Shown here piece by piece: positions 11,082 to 20,574 of a DNA stretch of 64,000 bases (position 1 is its first letter; every line of letters begins with the position of its first letter). The DNA is from Sulfurovaceae bacterium. Lineage in GTDB: Bacteria > Campylobacterota > Campylobacteria > Campylobacterales > Sulfurovaceae. Below the pieces are notes generated by a model that was given only the letters and a program-made list of their open reading frames with translations, was not told where the DNA came from and searched no databases. The DNA is taken from positions 151,601 to 215,600 of the forward strand of contig JBAZDL010000003.1 of the NCBI GenBank assembly GCA_041654415.1, written 5' to 3'. The position numbers and the translations under genes are program-made.

Positions 11082-12227
11082 CTATTTAGAATAAAGATTC
11101 CAATATATTTTGATGCATGCTGTACATGTCAATATTAAACCTCCAAGTAATATAAAAAAATACTGCAAGCCGAAATATTCAACAAATGGATGAAAGAGCA
11201 AAGGTGATACAAATTGCCCTGCAAACAGAGCACCGGTTAGATAGCCAGATGCCTTTATACGCTTAGTATGGTGTGAAACATGCAACATCCAAGCTGTTGT
11301 AGATGTCATAAGTAATCCGCCTCCAAATCCCATAATTGGAGATGTGATAAAAAAGAGATATACATTTGATATATTTCCTATTGCCATAAAACCGAGCGCC
11401 AAAATAGCAAGTCCCAAAAGATATATTTTACCAAAATCCATATGTTTTTTAAATTTTGAAAAACTTAAAGCGCCAATGGCGTTAGAAGCCATAGCTGATG
11501 ATATAATAAGCCCTGTTAATGTTCCGCTCGCACCAAAATGGTTGATCATCAAAAAAGGCATTTGTGTAGGCAAAGTATAAAAAACGACCATAAGTAAAAA
11601 TGCCAAAAAATACACAGATGCCAAATTGCCGGATATTTCAACTTCCCGCTCATCAATATGCAGTTTTTTGGGTTCATCCAAAAACAGTGTAACCATGGGC
11701 AGCACAGCCAATCCTATCAGATAAATACCAAATGGATATCGCCATCCAAAATCGCTGAGCACTCCGCCTCCAGTGATAAAAAATATACCGCCAATAGAAA
11801 TAAATGCACTCTGAAGACCCATAAATTTATGACGAGATTCGTGGGAAAAATAATGACCTATAAGCGTTGTTCCGACTATCATTATAATAGCAATAGATAT
11901 GCCCAGCAACATCCTAGAAAATAACAAAAAATATATATCTTCTAGATATAAACCTGCACTTCCTGCAATAGCAAATAAGATTAAAGCAAATATCGCATTT
12001 TTTATAACGGATGTATGGTGTATAAAATGACCCAAAAATGGAGCAAGCACTGCGATTGCAAGGGATGGAATCGTTATCATGAGCCTGGAGAGTAATTCTA
12101 TATTATCTATTTGTTTAAAATGTTCACCTAGATGCGGCAAAGAAGTGACAATAGCAGCATTTGACATAACCCCAAGCATAGCTAATAAAAGTAAGGTTTT
12201 TTTGGTATTTTTATCTGGATTTTTCAT
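11082..12227 (-). CDS. MFS transporter
   Basis: 381 aa, about 12 hydrophobic segments, typical MFS loop pattern. Confidence 0.7.
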   Translation of the reverse strand: MKNPDKNTKKTLLLLAMLGVMSNAAIVTSLPHLGEHFKQIDNIELLSRLMITIPSLAIAVLAPFLGHFIHHTSVIKNAIFALILFAIAGSAGLYLEDIYFLLFSRMLLGISIAIIMIVGTTLIGHYFSHESRHKFMGLQSAFISIGGIFFITGGGVLSDFGWRYPFGIYLIGLAVLPMVTLFLDEPKKLHIDEREVEISGNLASVYFLAFLLMVVFYTLPTQMPFLMINHFGASGTLTGLIISSAMASNAIGALSFSKFKKHMDFGKIYLLGLAILALGFMAIGNISNVYLFFITSPIMGFGGGLLMTSTTAWMLHVSHHTKRIKASGYLTGALFAGQFVSPLLFHPFVEYFGLQYFFILLGGLILTCTACIKIYWNLYSK

Positions 12228-12307
12228 TTTCTCAATATCATTATATTTTATGCCATTATACTATTTTTATAATGCTATTAATTATATTATTGCAAGCTTC
12301 ACAATAT

Positions 12308-12847
12308 TTATACGAAATAACGAATAGATGCAAATCCGGCAGCTCCTTGCTCTCTGACGGCATCTATCTCTTTTTGGGATGTTATGCCCCCGAGTGCAAT
12401 CACCGGTATACTTAAATCATCACACACTTCTTTAAGTATATTTAGACCAATTGGTTCGCCTTTATTTGGACTGCTAAATATAGGACTGATCGTGATCATG
12501 TCGGCTCCAAGATTTTGAGCCAGCTTGGCTTCTTGTAAGGAATGTGTACTGACTATGACAAATAGGTTGTTATCTTTGGCGTGAGGAACAAGAGAGAACT
12601 GATCGCTTCTTAGATGTACGCCATCTGCTTTTAATGCGGTAGCTGACTCTACGTCGCCATGAAGCAATATTTTATCAAATGGATATTTACGAGCTTCTTG
12701 TAAAAAAAGCTTGGCATTAATAGAATAATTTGGATTTGATTTGTCACGATAAAGTATCATGGAAGCTTTTGAGGAGAATCTCTTCAGAGACTCCTCAAGA
12801 TTATTAAAATCTAATGTGAAGGGATCACTTATGGCATAAGCAATCAT
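12308..12847 (-). CDS. thiE: thiamine-phosphate synthase-like protein
   Basis: 179 aa. ThiE-like GADMITISPIFSSPNKG ... IPVIALGGI motifs. Confidence 0.7.
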   Translation of the reverse strand: MIAYAISDPFTLDFNNLEESLKRFSSKASMILYRDKSNPNYSINAKLFLQEARKYPFDKILLHGDVESATALKADGVHLRSDQFSLVPHAKDNNLFVIVSTHSLQEAKLAQNLGADMITISPIFSSPNKGEPIGLNILKEVCDDLSIPVIALGGITSQKEIDAVREQGAAGFASIRYFV

Positions 12848-12857
12848 TTATTATTGC

Positions 12858-13541
12858 TTAGTGATGATCGTCTTCACTTACCAATACTGCACCGGCAAGG
12901 TAAACATAAGTCAATATCATAAAGATAAATGTTTGTAATATTGCCGAGAAAGTAAGCAACACATATGCCGGTAACGGCATCAACCAAGGAGCAAGCATCA
13001 ATAGAACCCACAAGAATAGATCATCGCCCTTGATGTTACCGAAAAGACGGAAAGACAAAGAGATGATACGAGATATGTGTGATACTATCTCAATAGGGAA
13101 CATCAAAGGAGCAAGCAATTTAACAGGCCCTGCAAAGTGTGCAAAATATTTTATAAATCCTTGCTCTCTTATACCTTCGAAATTATAATATACAAATACG
13201 ATAAGTGCCAACACCAAAGTAACATTGATATTTGAAGTTGGAGATTCAAATCCAGGAATGATACCTACTACATTGGAAAAAAATACAAAAAGTCCTATAG
13301 TTGCAACCAAAGGAAGATATTTTCTTGCCAAATCCTCACCAATTACATCCTTGCCCATAGCTATCACGCCGCCAAGGTATGATTCCATAATATTTTGTGA
13401 ACCTGTAGGAACAAGCTGCATACTCTTTGTTGCAAAAAATGATACCAAAAGCACAAGTGCCAAAACTAAAAAAATATGAGTTATGATCATGGCATCACCA
13501 TGACCTACTACTGCACCAAAATAGGTAAATACACCTTCCAT
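12858..13541 (-). CDS. atpB: F0F1 ATP synthase subunit a
   Basis: 227 aa polytopic protein with the conserved LSFRLFGNI arginine motif. Confidence 0.9.
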   Translation of the reverse strand: MEGVFTYFGAVVGHGDAMIITHIFLVLALVLLVSFFATKSMQLVPTGSQNIMESYLGGVIAMGKDVIGEDLARKYLPLVATIGLFVFFSNVVGIIPGFESPTSNINVTLVLALIVFVYYNFEGIREQGFIKYFAHFAGPVKLLAPLMFPIEIVSHISRIISLSFRLFGNIKGDDLFLWVLLMLAPWLMPLPAYVLLTFSAILQTFIFMILTYVYLAGAVLVSEDDHH

Positions 13542-13608
13542 ATGCCGACCTTCAAAAAAATTTGTGTTTATTGTACAAAAAAGGTGCTAAATGGCTCTTT
13601 AAAATGTG

Positions 13609-14400
13609 TTAATTTGTATTTATTTTTTCTATAATTTTAGATATTTGACTCTCTTGGCCTAAGCGGTATATAGCAAAATCATATTTAATAGGATCTTTAT
13701 CATCAAATCTTCTTAATCTCTCGGTTAGCTCAATGACTGCTCTCATGTCATAAGTTTTTCTATTCAAAAGTCCTAATTTTTGAGATAAATGAAATGTATG
13801 AGTATCAAGCGGCATGAGTAAATGAGCTTTGTCTATCTTGCTCCACAATCCCATATCAAGATTATCTTTTCGTACCATCCAGCGAAAATACATCATATAT
13901 CTTTTATATGGGCTAGATATTTTATCTGCTGGGACTTGCCCGATCAAAAAATCATATCCCTGCGTATTGTGCACTGTATATACTGAGCGAATCGAGCTAA
14001 TTAGATTTTTTAACCCCTCTATGATATCTCCATCTTTTTTATATCCGTCAAAAACTATATTTTCTATGCTGTCAACCTGCTTAAGTCTCTTGAGTGCAAT
14101 AAAAAGCGCTATGACATCATCTGATTTTTGAAAACGATAATAATAATTTTTAAGATTGGACATTATCTCATCTTCGGAACATTCAAGAAGAGAAAAATTT
14201 AATGAATTTAGAAATTTGACGATCAATTTGGCATTGCCGTATGCAAATAAAGCACATATCAAAGCAATGCTTTCATTTTGATACTTTGAAGCCACCATTA
14301 GAGGATCTGGCTTCTCTTCGCACAATTCACAAGCACTGTTGCGTATCTTGATTTCATTATCCAAAATTATTTTTAATTTATCTAAATGCATATTTGGCAT
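13609..14400 (-). CDS. TIGR02757/DUF2400-family protein
   Basis: The family-like body (YRFQKSDD, PLDTHTF, DFAIYRLGQ) is recognised from memory. Start moved to MPNMHLDK, one nt after the upstream Fur-family stop. The track ORF starts at 14457. Confidence 0.55.
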   Translation of the reverse strand: MPNMHLDKLKIILDNEIKIRNSACELCEEKPDPLMVASKYQNESIALICALFAYGNAKLIVKFLNSLNFSLLECSEDEIMSNLKNYYYRFQKSDDVIALFIALKRLKQVDSIENIVFDGYKKDGDIIEGLKNLISSIRSVYTVHNTQGYDFLIGQVPADKISSPYKRYMMYFRWMVRKDNLDMGLWSKIDKAHLLMPLDTHTFHLSQKLGLLNRKTYDMRAVIELTERLRRFDDKDPIKYDFAIYRLGQESQISKIIEKINTN

Positions 14401-14401
14401 C

Positions 14402-14770
14402 TTAACTTTGTTTGCATTTTGGACAACGGCCATGCATAATAATATTATCGACTTCATACTCTGCCAATAAAGTATCAGGAGCTATAGTCAAACACTCTAT
14501 ATTGCCACATATGGTACATACAAAATGGCTATGCAATGCGCCTTGGAGCTCATAATATCTTTTTTTATCATTTGATTCAAAGCTATTTACTATGCCTTTC
14601 TCTTCAAAAGTCGACATATTGCGATAAAATGTAGCCTTATCCATCGAGATATTATCTCTGATATCTTCATAACATACTGGTCTTTGCGAATTGCTAAATA
14701 TATCAAACAACTCTTTTCTGGCAGTCGTAAATTTTAGGTGCTTATCATGCAATAGATTTTCTATATTCAT
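14402..14770 (-). CDS. Fur-family transcriptional regulator
   Basis: Winged-helix N-terminus plus two CxxC pairs (CTICGNIEC ... HGRCPKC). Start placed at MNIENLL; the track ORF starts at 14818. Confidence 0.75.
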   Translation of the reverse strand: MNIENLLHDKHLKFTTARKELFDIFSNSQRPVCYEDIRDNISMDKATFYRNMSTFEEKGIVNSFESNDKKRYYELQGALHSHFVCTICGNIECLTIAPDTLLAEYEVDNIIMHGRCPKCKQS

Positions 14771-14829
14771 TATGGGATTATAGCTCAAAATTATCAAAAT
14801 TTGACAAATTAACTTCACAGAATGTAAAA

Positions 14830-15465
14830 CTAAGAATCAACTGCCATACCCAATAATATTTCTTTTAGTTTTTCTACTGAATTTACTGCACTATCATGCT
14901 TGCTAAAGCCCCAAGAGACCATGATATAATCCATCCCGGCTCTGCTGGCTGCCATTTGGTCTCTCTCGCCGTCTCCAACAAATATAGTATGTTCTGTATC
15001 TAAAGAGAAAATCTCTGTTATTCTCTTTAGCATCTGCGGAGAAGGTTTGCCCTCTTTAACATCATCAAAGCAAACCACTTCATCGAAACAATCATGGATA
15101 TCAAGATGCATCAAAGATTCCATGGCTGAGTTGCGATATGCATTTGTAGCAACTGCAAGTTTGAGATTATTTTCCCTAAGCGATCGCAACAGCTCCTTGA
15201 TGCCGTCATATAACACTAGCTCTTTATGATGATTGGCACTATAATAGCTAGAAAACCACTTTTGATGTTCTGGCAAAAAATGTTTACTTTTATAAAAATA
15301 ATGAGCAGGATTTATACTATGATTATTTATCTTTGACAAAATATCCATATGTTCTAACGGAGGCAGATGCAATTGCTCTCTAACATAATTTATTGCACCT
15401 GACAAAGCTCTTGAGCTATCTACTAAAGTGCCGTCCATATCAAAAATAATGGCTTTTTTTAGCAC
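14830..15465 (-). CDS. HAD-superfamily hydrolase (phosphoglycolate-phosphatase-like)
   Basis: IFDMDGTLVDS motif I and VGDGERD motif IV. Confidence 0.8.
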   Translation of the reverse strand: MLKKAIIFDMDGTLVDSSRALSGAINYVREQLHLPPLEHMDILSKINNHSINPAHYFYKSKHFLPEHQKWFSSYYSANHHKELVLYDGIKELLRSLRENNLKLAVATNAYRNSAMESLMHLDIHDCFDEVVCFDDVKEGKPSPQMLKRITEIFSLDTEHTIFVGDGERDQMAASRAGMDYIMVSWGFSKHDSAVNSVEKLKEILLGMAVDS

Positions 15466-16286
15466 GTAACCTTGCCTATTATATCGCCAAAGGCTACGTG
15501 TTGTCCTACTTGAAGATTACCGGCAAAATAGACAGTATCTGCTTGGCTCAATATTACTATAGTAGAACCCATTTCAAACCAACCAAGCAAATCGCCTTTT
15601 TTCATACTGATATTATCATAAACATAATGATTTATCTCTCGTGAATCGATATTTGTCTGAACCCTCTCATCAAAGGTCAAAGTCATGCTCCCAACATTCA
15701 AAGCTCCAACTAATATAATGAACATTTTTTTGCCGTCACATATTTCACACTCTAGTACTATCCTCTCATTTTCTATAAAAAGGTTTGCTTTGTTTTTGAG
15801 TAGAGGCATGTTTACCGGATACAGGGCCCCTGGAATATGTGTGGCACTTTTTATGCGCATATCAAGAGGTATATGATAACGATGGTAATCTTTTGGTGAT
15901 AGATAGAAATTGGCATAACATCCATCTTTTAATGCTTCAATATGATCTTGATAATATTCTCCCAAAAGTCTATCTATAGAGTAACTCATCCCTTTGATTT
16001 GATAAGCTTTTCCATCTACGATATGACCAAAATCAGTAATAAGAGAATCTGCAGGGGATATGACCTCTGTCTGATCTTTTGATATCTCCATAGAAATCTT
16101 AATAGCTCTAGTGAAAAGCTTATTAAGCGTTGGATAAGAGCTAGGCTCATTAAAACGGCTCATATCAAGCCCCATCAAATAAACATATGATTTATTTATA
16201 AATGACTGCACCACAGACGGAAACTGAGCTTGGGCAAATTTGCCAAAAAGTTGTGAAATTATAGAAGTTAATGGTTTATTGGACAT
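15459..16286 (-). CDS. psd: phosphatidylserine decarboxylase proenzyme
   Basis: 275 aa with the C-terminal FEMGSTIV self-cleavage (GST) motif. Confidence 0.85.
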   Translation of the reverse strand: MSNKPLTSIISQLFGKFAQAQFPSVVQSFINKSYVYLMGLDMSRFNEPSSYPTLNKLFTRAIKISMEISKDQTEVISPADSLITDFGHIVDGKAYQIKGMSYSIDRLLGEYYQDHIEALKDGCYANFYLSPKDYHRYHIPLDMRIKSATHIPGALYPVNMPLLKNKANLFIENERIVLECEICDGKKMFIILVGALNVGSMTLTFDERVQTNIDSREINHYVYDNISMKKGDLLGWFEMGSTIVILSQADTVYFAGNLQVGQHVAFGDIIGKVTC

Positions 16287-17115
16287 CTGCAGCCTTGTTG
16301 TAAAATTCTAATGCTTCTTTCATGAGGGCAATATGGTAGTTTTCTTGATAATTAACAAAATCAAAGAATTTAGCAAGCTCTTTGCTCTCATTAGATACTG
16401 CATCAGATAAGCGTTTACACTCTTCTTTGGCTAAAAGCTCTTCATTGATACCGTTCTTTAAAAATTCCACTATATCTTCAACAACATAAAGCTCTTTGGC
16501 TATAGTACGAGGCACTCCTAGTATGCCCATATCTGCCATCATTTGTCCAAAACGTTTGAGATGAAAAAAACTTTCATCAATAAGTATCTGAAAAATTCGT
16601 ACAAGTTCGATATCTTTACTATGGGCTTTTAGATAATTATATATCATGATAAGCTCATACTCTTTATAGCTCTCTTCAAACAAAAACAGTGTCAATGCAT
16701 CTGTGGCTTCTTCGGTAAGCTCGATTCCGTTTATAGTGCGCTGCATATCAAAAGCACTCACCGGTTCAGAGGGAATATTCTTGAGTGTATATATAAAATA
16801 TTCTATATCTTGTGAGATACGAAACGATAATGCCTCATCATCACAAACAACTAATTGTAACTCGACACGATTTAGTCTGGCAATAATATCATGCAGTATT
16901 GCATCAAGATTATCTACTTTAAGCGGTATCATATTTCGTTCATAATCATATGAAACACCATTTTTGATGCAATAGTTCTCTATCCATGTAAAATGACGAA
17001 ACATTATTTCTGAAAAATCAAACAAAGTCTGTTTTGTAGCAGTATTATTGCTCATAAAAGCACTCATAAGTGTCTCGAGCCAAACCTCATGAACCTGAAC
17101 TAATAGTCTATTCAT
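16276..17115 (-). CDS. hypothetical protein, possibly ferritin-like di-iron fold
   Basis: 279 aa, helical, with EESYKEYE and DESFFHLK (ExxH-like) pairs. Overlaps both neighbouring genes. The assignment is weak. Confidence 0.35.
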   Translation of the reverse strand: MNRLLVQVHEVWLETLMSAFMSNNTATKQTLFDFSEIMFRHFTWIENYCIKNGVSYDYERNMIPLKVDNLDAILHDIIARLNRVELQLVVCDDEALSFRISQDIEYFIYTLKNIPSEPVSAFDMQRTINGIELTEEATDALTLFLFEESYKEYELIMIYNYLKAHSKDIELVRIFQILIDESFFHLKRFGQMMADMGILGVPRTIAKELYVVEDIVEFLKNGINEELLAKEECKRLSDAVSNESKELAKFFDFVNYQENYHIALMKEALEFYNKAADVQ

Positions 17116-17554
17116 TTATATCTACTCCTTGTGGTGTACAGTTTTGGGAAATTTTATAAGTAATCATAGGAAATTCACTATCTTTTTGTCTTTCTTTGTA
17201 TGTGTCCATAGCTGCTTGAAGAGCAAGAGCTACCATTTCAGAACATGCGGCCTCTTCTGGCGGGACGCTATCGAGCATACCCAAAGTTGTACTTACCAAA
17301 GCCTCTGCCCTGTCAAAATCAAGCCCTCTTGCTTCATTGGTTATGATCGAGCCGGCTAGCACTGTAGTCATACATCCGATAGCTTGAAAACGAATATCTT
17401 CTATAACATAAACATTATTTCTATTAGATACACTCAAAAAAATAATGACTTTCTCACCATTATGAGGATTTTTACCTATACCTTCAGCGTTGCTATGCTC
17501 CAATACCCCATAATTTTTTGGATTCATCATATGCTCCAACAAAACCGCGTCCAT
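17108..17554 (-). CDS. IscU/NifU-N-like Fe-S scaffold-related protein
   Basis: 148 aa. N-terminus LEHMMNPKNYG and ...FQAIGCMTTVLAGS resemble the NifU N-terminal domain. Confidence 0.55.
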   Translation of the reverse strand: MDAVLLEHMMNPKNYGVLEHSNAEGIGKNPHNGEKVIIFLSVSNRNNVYVIEDIRFQAIGCMTTVLAGSIITNEARGLDFDRAEALVSTTLGMLDSVPPEEAACSEMVALALQAAMDTYKERQKDSEFPMITYKISQNCTPQGVDINE

Positions 17555-17777
17555 ATCCCATATCCCCCAATACTTAATTTCACGATTATATCTTATTTTC
17601 TTTATGACATATATAAAAAACCTTATACAATTTTTATTTTAGGAAATTTTTATACTATTGAAGCCATACAAAAGTGTATATACTCATGTAATTTCTATAA
17701 AAACTTTACCTTAAAAAGCCTGTTATATATGACTTTTATGAGTCTTATTGGCTATAATGTTATTTTTGAGGTAAGGC

Positions 17778-18515
17778 ATGGCAAAATATATATTATTTGA
17801 TACAGAAACTACAGGCAACGGCATAGATGACCGCATTATACAAATAGGCGGTATGATAATACACGACAAAGACAATATTGAAATATTTGATGAATTGTGC
17901 AGCACCAATATACCTATCAGTATGGAGGCAATGGCAGTACATCATATTACTCCTGAACAGCTAGAGGGCAAGCCTCCATTTATACAAAGCAACTTTTTGA
18001 GCGAACTTGAAAAATACAATGAGCCTAGCAACTTTCTAATAGCCCATAACATCAATTTTGATCTGGATATGCTCAAAAAAGAGGGATTTGAAAACTCTTA
18101 TACGCTTATTGATACTCTTAGATGTGCCAAACATCTGTTAAGCGACCAAAATTCCCATGCTCTGCAATACCTTAGATATTCTCTAGGTTTATATAAAAAT
18201 GAAGTTGCAGAAGCAACCAAACTAAAAGTAACCATCAAAGCTCACGATGCTATAGGCGATGTTTTAGTGATGAAACTGCTTTTATCAAGACTGGTCGAAC
18301 AAACCAAAGAACAGTTTGGAGCTGTGGATATCATGTCAACTCTAGCCAAACTGACTACGACACCTGTGCTGCTTAGTATCTTCAAATTTGGAAAATATAA
18401 AGACAGATCTATAGAAGATGTAGCCAGAGAAGATCTCAAATACATCGAATGGATGAGAAAAAACCTAGAGCTTGATGAGGATATGCGTTATACGCTTGAT
18501 TATTATCTGCATTAG
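17778..18515 (+). CDS. DEDDh 3'-5' exonuclease (DnaQ/ExoX-like) with C-terminal KGKYKDRSIEDV...YIEWM domain
   Basis: ExoI ILFDTETTG, ExoII AHNINFDLDML, ExoIII HDAIGDV. Confidence 0.8.
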   Translation: MAKYILFDTETTGNGIDDRIIQIGGMIIHDKDNIEIFDELCSTNIPISMEAMAVHHITPEQLEGKPPFIQSNFLSELEKYNEPSNFLIAHNINFDLDMLKKEGFENSYTLIDTLRCAKHLLSDQNSHALQYLRYSLGLYKNEVAEATKLKVTIKAHDAIGDVLVMKLLLSRLVEQTKEQFGAVDIMSTLAKLTTTPVLLSIFKFGKYKDRSIEDVAREDLKYIEWMRKNLELDEDMRYTLDYYLH

Positions 18516-18584
18516 AATATATTAATTTATCAATCTCTCTCCATAGCTTGGCTATATGGTGCATTCTTCCTTGCTGTATGTCAT

Positions 18585-18770
18585 TTAGTCATTTCTTGTT
18601 GCTGTACCATTGTCTATCTTGTCTATCAAATCGCCCAAACTTGTTGTCAATCCAGCATTTGAAGCAAGAAATTGACTATAATACTTTTGTGGACCTGGTA
18701 TCATACCCAAAAGTTGCAATCTATCAACTAATTCTTCGGCATTTTGTATATTACTATTTTCTGTTTCCAT
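18585..18770 (-). CDS. small hypothetical protein (61 aa) inside the insertion
   Basis: GAGGA Shine-Dalgarno about 8 nt upstream of the ATG. No recognisable domain. Confidence 0.35.
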   Translation of the reverse strand: METENSNIQNAEELVDRLQLLGMIPGPQKYYSQFLASNAGLTTSLGDLIDKIDNGTATRND

Positions 18771-18788
18771 TTTCTTTATCCTCTACTA

Positions 18789-19061
18789 TTAAAACATTAT
18801 TTCTAAAATAATTCCGATTCCAATTAATATTACACCTATTTTGCCAAGTATCCTATTTTGAATAAAAACTCTTGTACTTAGATTATGCGAATCCCATAAA
18901 TTAAGTTTTCCTTCACTTTTTCTTTTTTCTTCAAGCTCTTGAACAATAGTTTCAGTACTTTTTTTTGTAACATACTTATCATCTGTTCTCATATGAATTT
19001 CTATATATATCTGTAATAGGATTAAACTTGCACCTAAAATTACTAAAATAAATGGTTTCAT
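18789..19061 (-). CDS. small two-TM membrane protein (90 aa) inside the insertion
   Basis: Hydrophobic N- and C-terminal segments flank a charged middle. A purine-rich SD-like stretch (aaggcgagaga, GAG closest to the ATG) is upstream. Confidence 0.45.
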   Translation of the reverse strand: MKPFILVILGASLILLQIYIEIHMRTDDKYVTKKSTETIVQELEEKRKSEGKLNLWDSHNLSTRVFIQNRILGKIGVILIGIGIILEIMF

Positions 19062-19238
19062 TCTCTCGCCTTGAACTCAAATTTTTCACTTCAAGAATTA
19101 TACATAATTTCTAATTTAATTATTTAAAATTTATTTTATAAATGTATCAAAAATTATATGTTAATTATCTTAAATGAATTAATCTAACTTTTGATATTTA
19201 TATCTATCTCTTTATATTTTGCTCGACATTATATTATT

Positions 19239-19412
19239 CTTGCCAAGCTCACGATCACTCCTGTACTACTGAATATTTTTAAATTCGGAAAATACAAAGA
19301 CAGATTTATAGAAGATATAGCTAGAGAAGATCTAAAATACATCGAATAGATGAGAAAAAACCTAGAGCTTGATGAGGATATGCGTTATACGCTTGATTAT
19401 TATCTGCATTAG
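19239..19412 (+). pseudogene. displaced, decayed copy of the exonuclease 3' end
   Basis: Aligns to 18342-18515 and carries TGG->TAG (catcgaaTAGatgag versus catcgaaTGGatgag). Confidence 0.75.
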
Positions 19413-19421
19413 AATATTTAC

Positions 19422-20141
19422 CTAGCAATAAGGTATCGGGTCTTTTGCTTCTGCTGTTTCAAATCCTTTGAGACGCAAACGGCAACTATCGCAAACTCCA
19501 CACGCTTTTTCGCTATTTTTATAACAACTCCAAGTACATTCTAATGGTACGCCAAGCTCTAGGGCTTTGAGCACTATATCTTTTTTTGATAAATGCACTA
19601 ACGGCATGCGGATAGATATATTGGTCTCTTTTTTGGTACCAAGATTGATGGCGCGTTCCATCTGTGTGATATACTCTTCGGTACAATCGGGATATCCGCT
19701 GCTATCTTCTTCTACTACTCCGATATAGATGGCCTCCGCACCCTCTTTCTCTGCTATAGAAGCTGCAATGGATAAAAATATACCATTCCTAAAAGGCACA
19801 TAAGTGATGGGCACTCCAGCTTCGATGCCGCCTGTTGGTACCTCTATGCTGGAATCAGTTAAAGCTGACGCACCGATATCTGCAAAAAAAGGCAGATCTA
19901 TCTCATAGACGTGGCTTATGCCGAGTGCTTTTGTAACATCTCTAAAGGCTTTTAGCTCTCTTTGCTCCGTTCTCTGTAGGTAATTGAAATGTACCCCTAT
20001 GACTTCATATCCTTCATTTTGGGCTATTTTTGCACTAAGCGCGCTATCCATACCTCCGGAAATTACACAAACAGCTAATCGACTCAATATTGCCCCTTTG
20101 ATACTTTTATGGTATTTTACCAATATTTTGGGTAAAATCAT
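19422..20141 (-). CDS. queC: 7-cyano-7-deazaguanine synthase
   Basis: SGGMDS PP-loop and the C-terminal Zn cluster CGVCDSCRLR. Confidence 0.9.
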   Translation of the reverse strand: MILPKILVKYHKSIKGAILSRLAVCVISGGMDSALSAKIAQNEGYEVIGVHFNYLQRTEQRELKAFRDVTKALGISHVYEIDLPFFADIGASALTDSSIEVPTGGIEAGVPITYVPFRNGIFLSIAASIAEKEGAEAIYIGVVEEDSSGYPDCTEEYITQMERAINLGTKKETNISIRMPLVHLSKKDIVLKALELGVPLECTWSCYKNSEKACGVCDSCRLRLKGFETAEAKDPIPYC

Positions 20142-20145
20142 ATTT

Positions 20146-20574
20146 ATGATAGAGATTGAAAATCAAACTGACACCCAAATCGACACTTCAAAACTAGAGA
20201 TGATAGCAGATAAATTATCCGATAAAGATATTGAGCTTATTTTAACTGACAATAAAACTATACAAGAACTCAATAAAGAATATCGGCAAAAAGATACACC
20301 AACAGATGTACTTAGCTTTCCTTTGGAGGCAGCAACTCAGCATGAACCGGCAGGCTCTGTAGTTATATCATTAGAATATGCAAAAAAAATAGCTGATGAA
20401 CTAGGTCATGCCCTAGATGAAGAAGTATCATTATTACTAATACACGGCTTGCTTCATTTGCAAGGCTATGATCACGAGATCGATAATGGTGAGATGAGGG
20501 AAAAAGAAGGTTATTGGATAGAATATTTTAAACTACCAAAAAGCCTTATCGTAAGAAATGAAATTTTAATCTAA
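20146..20574 (+). CDS. ybeY: rRNA maturation RNase YbeY
   Basis: HGLLHLQGYDH metal motif. Start placed at MIEIENQ (residue 55 of the track ORF 19984..20574). Confidence 0.9.
   Translation: MIEIENQTDTQIDTSKLEMIADKLSDKDIELILTDNKTIQELNKEYRQKDTPTDVLSFPLEAATQHEPAGSVVISLEYAKKIADELGHALDEEVSLLLIHGLLHLQGYDHEIDNGEMREKEGYWIEYFKLPKSLIVRNEILI

Larger units (their letters stand above)
18516..19238. mobile_element. ~0.7-kb inserted segment bracketed by two copies of the exonuclease gene 3' end
   Basis: 18342-18520 and 19239-19417 are homologous at an offset of 897 bp. The last 69 bp are identical and the rest has diverged. Confidence 0.45.
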
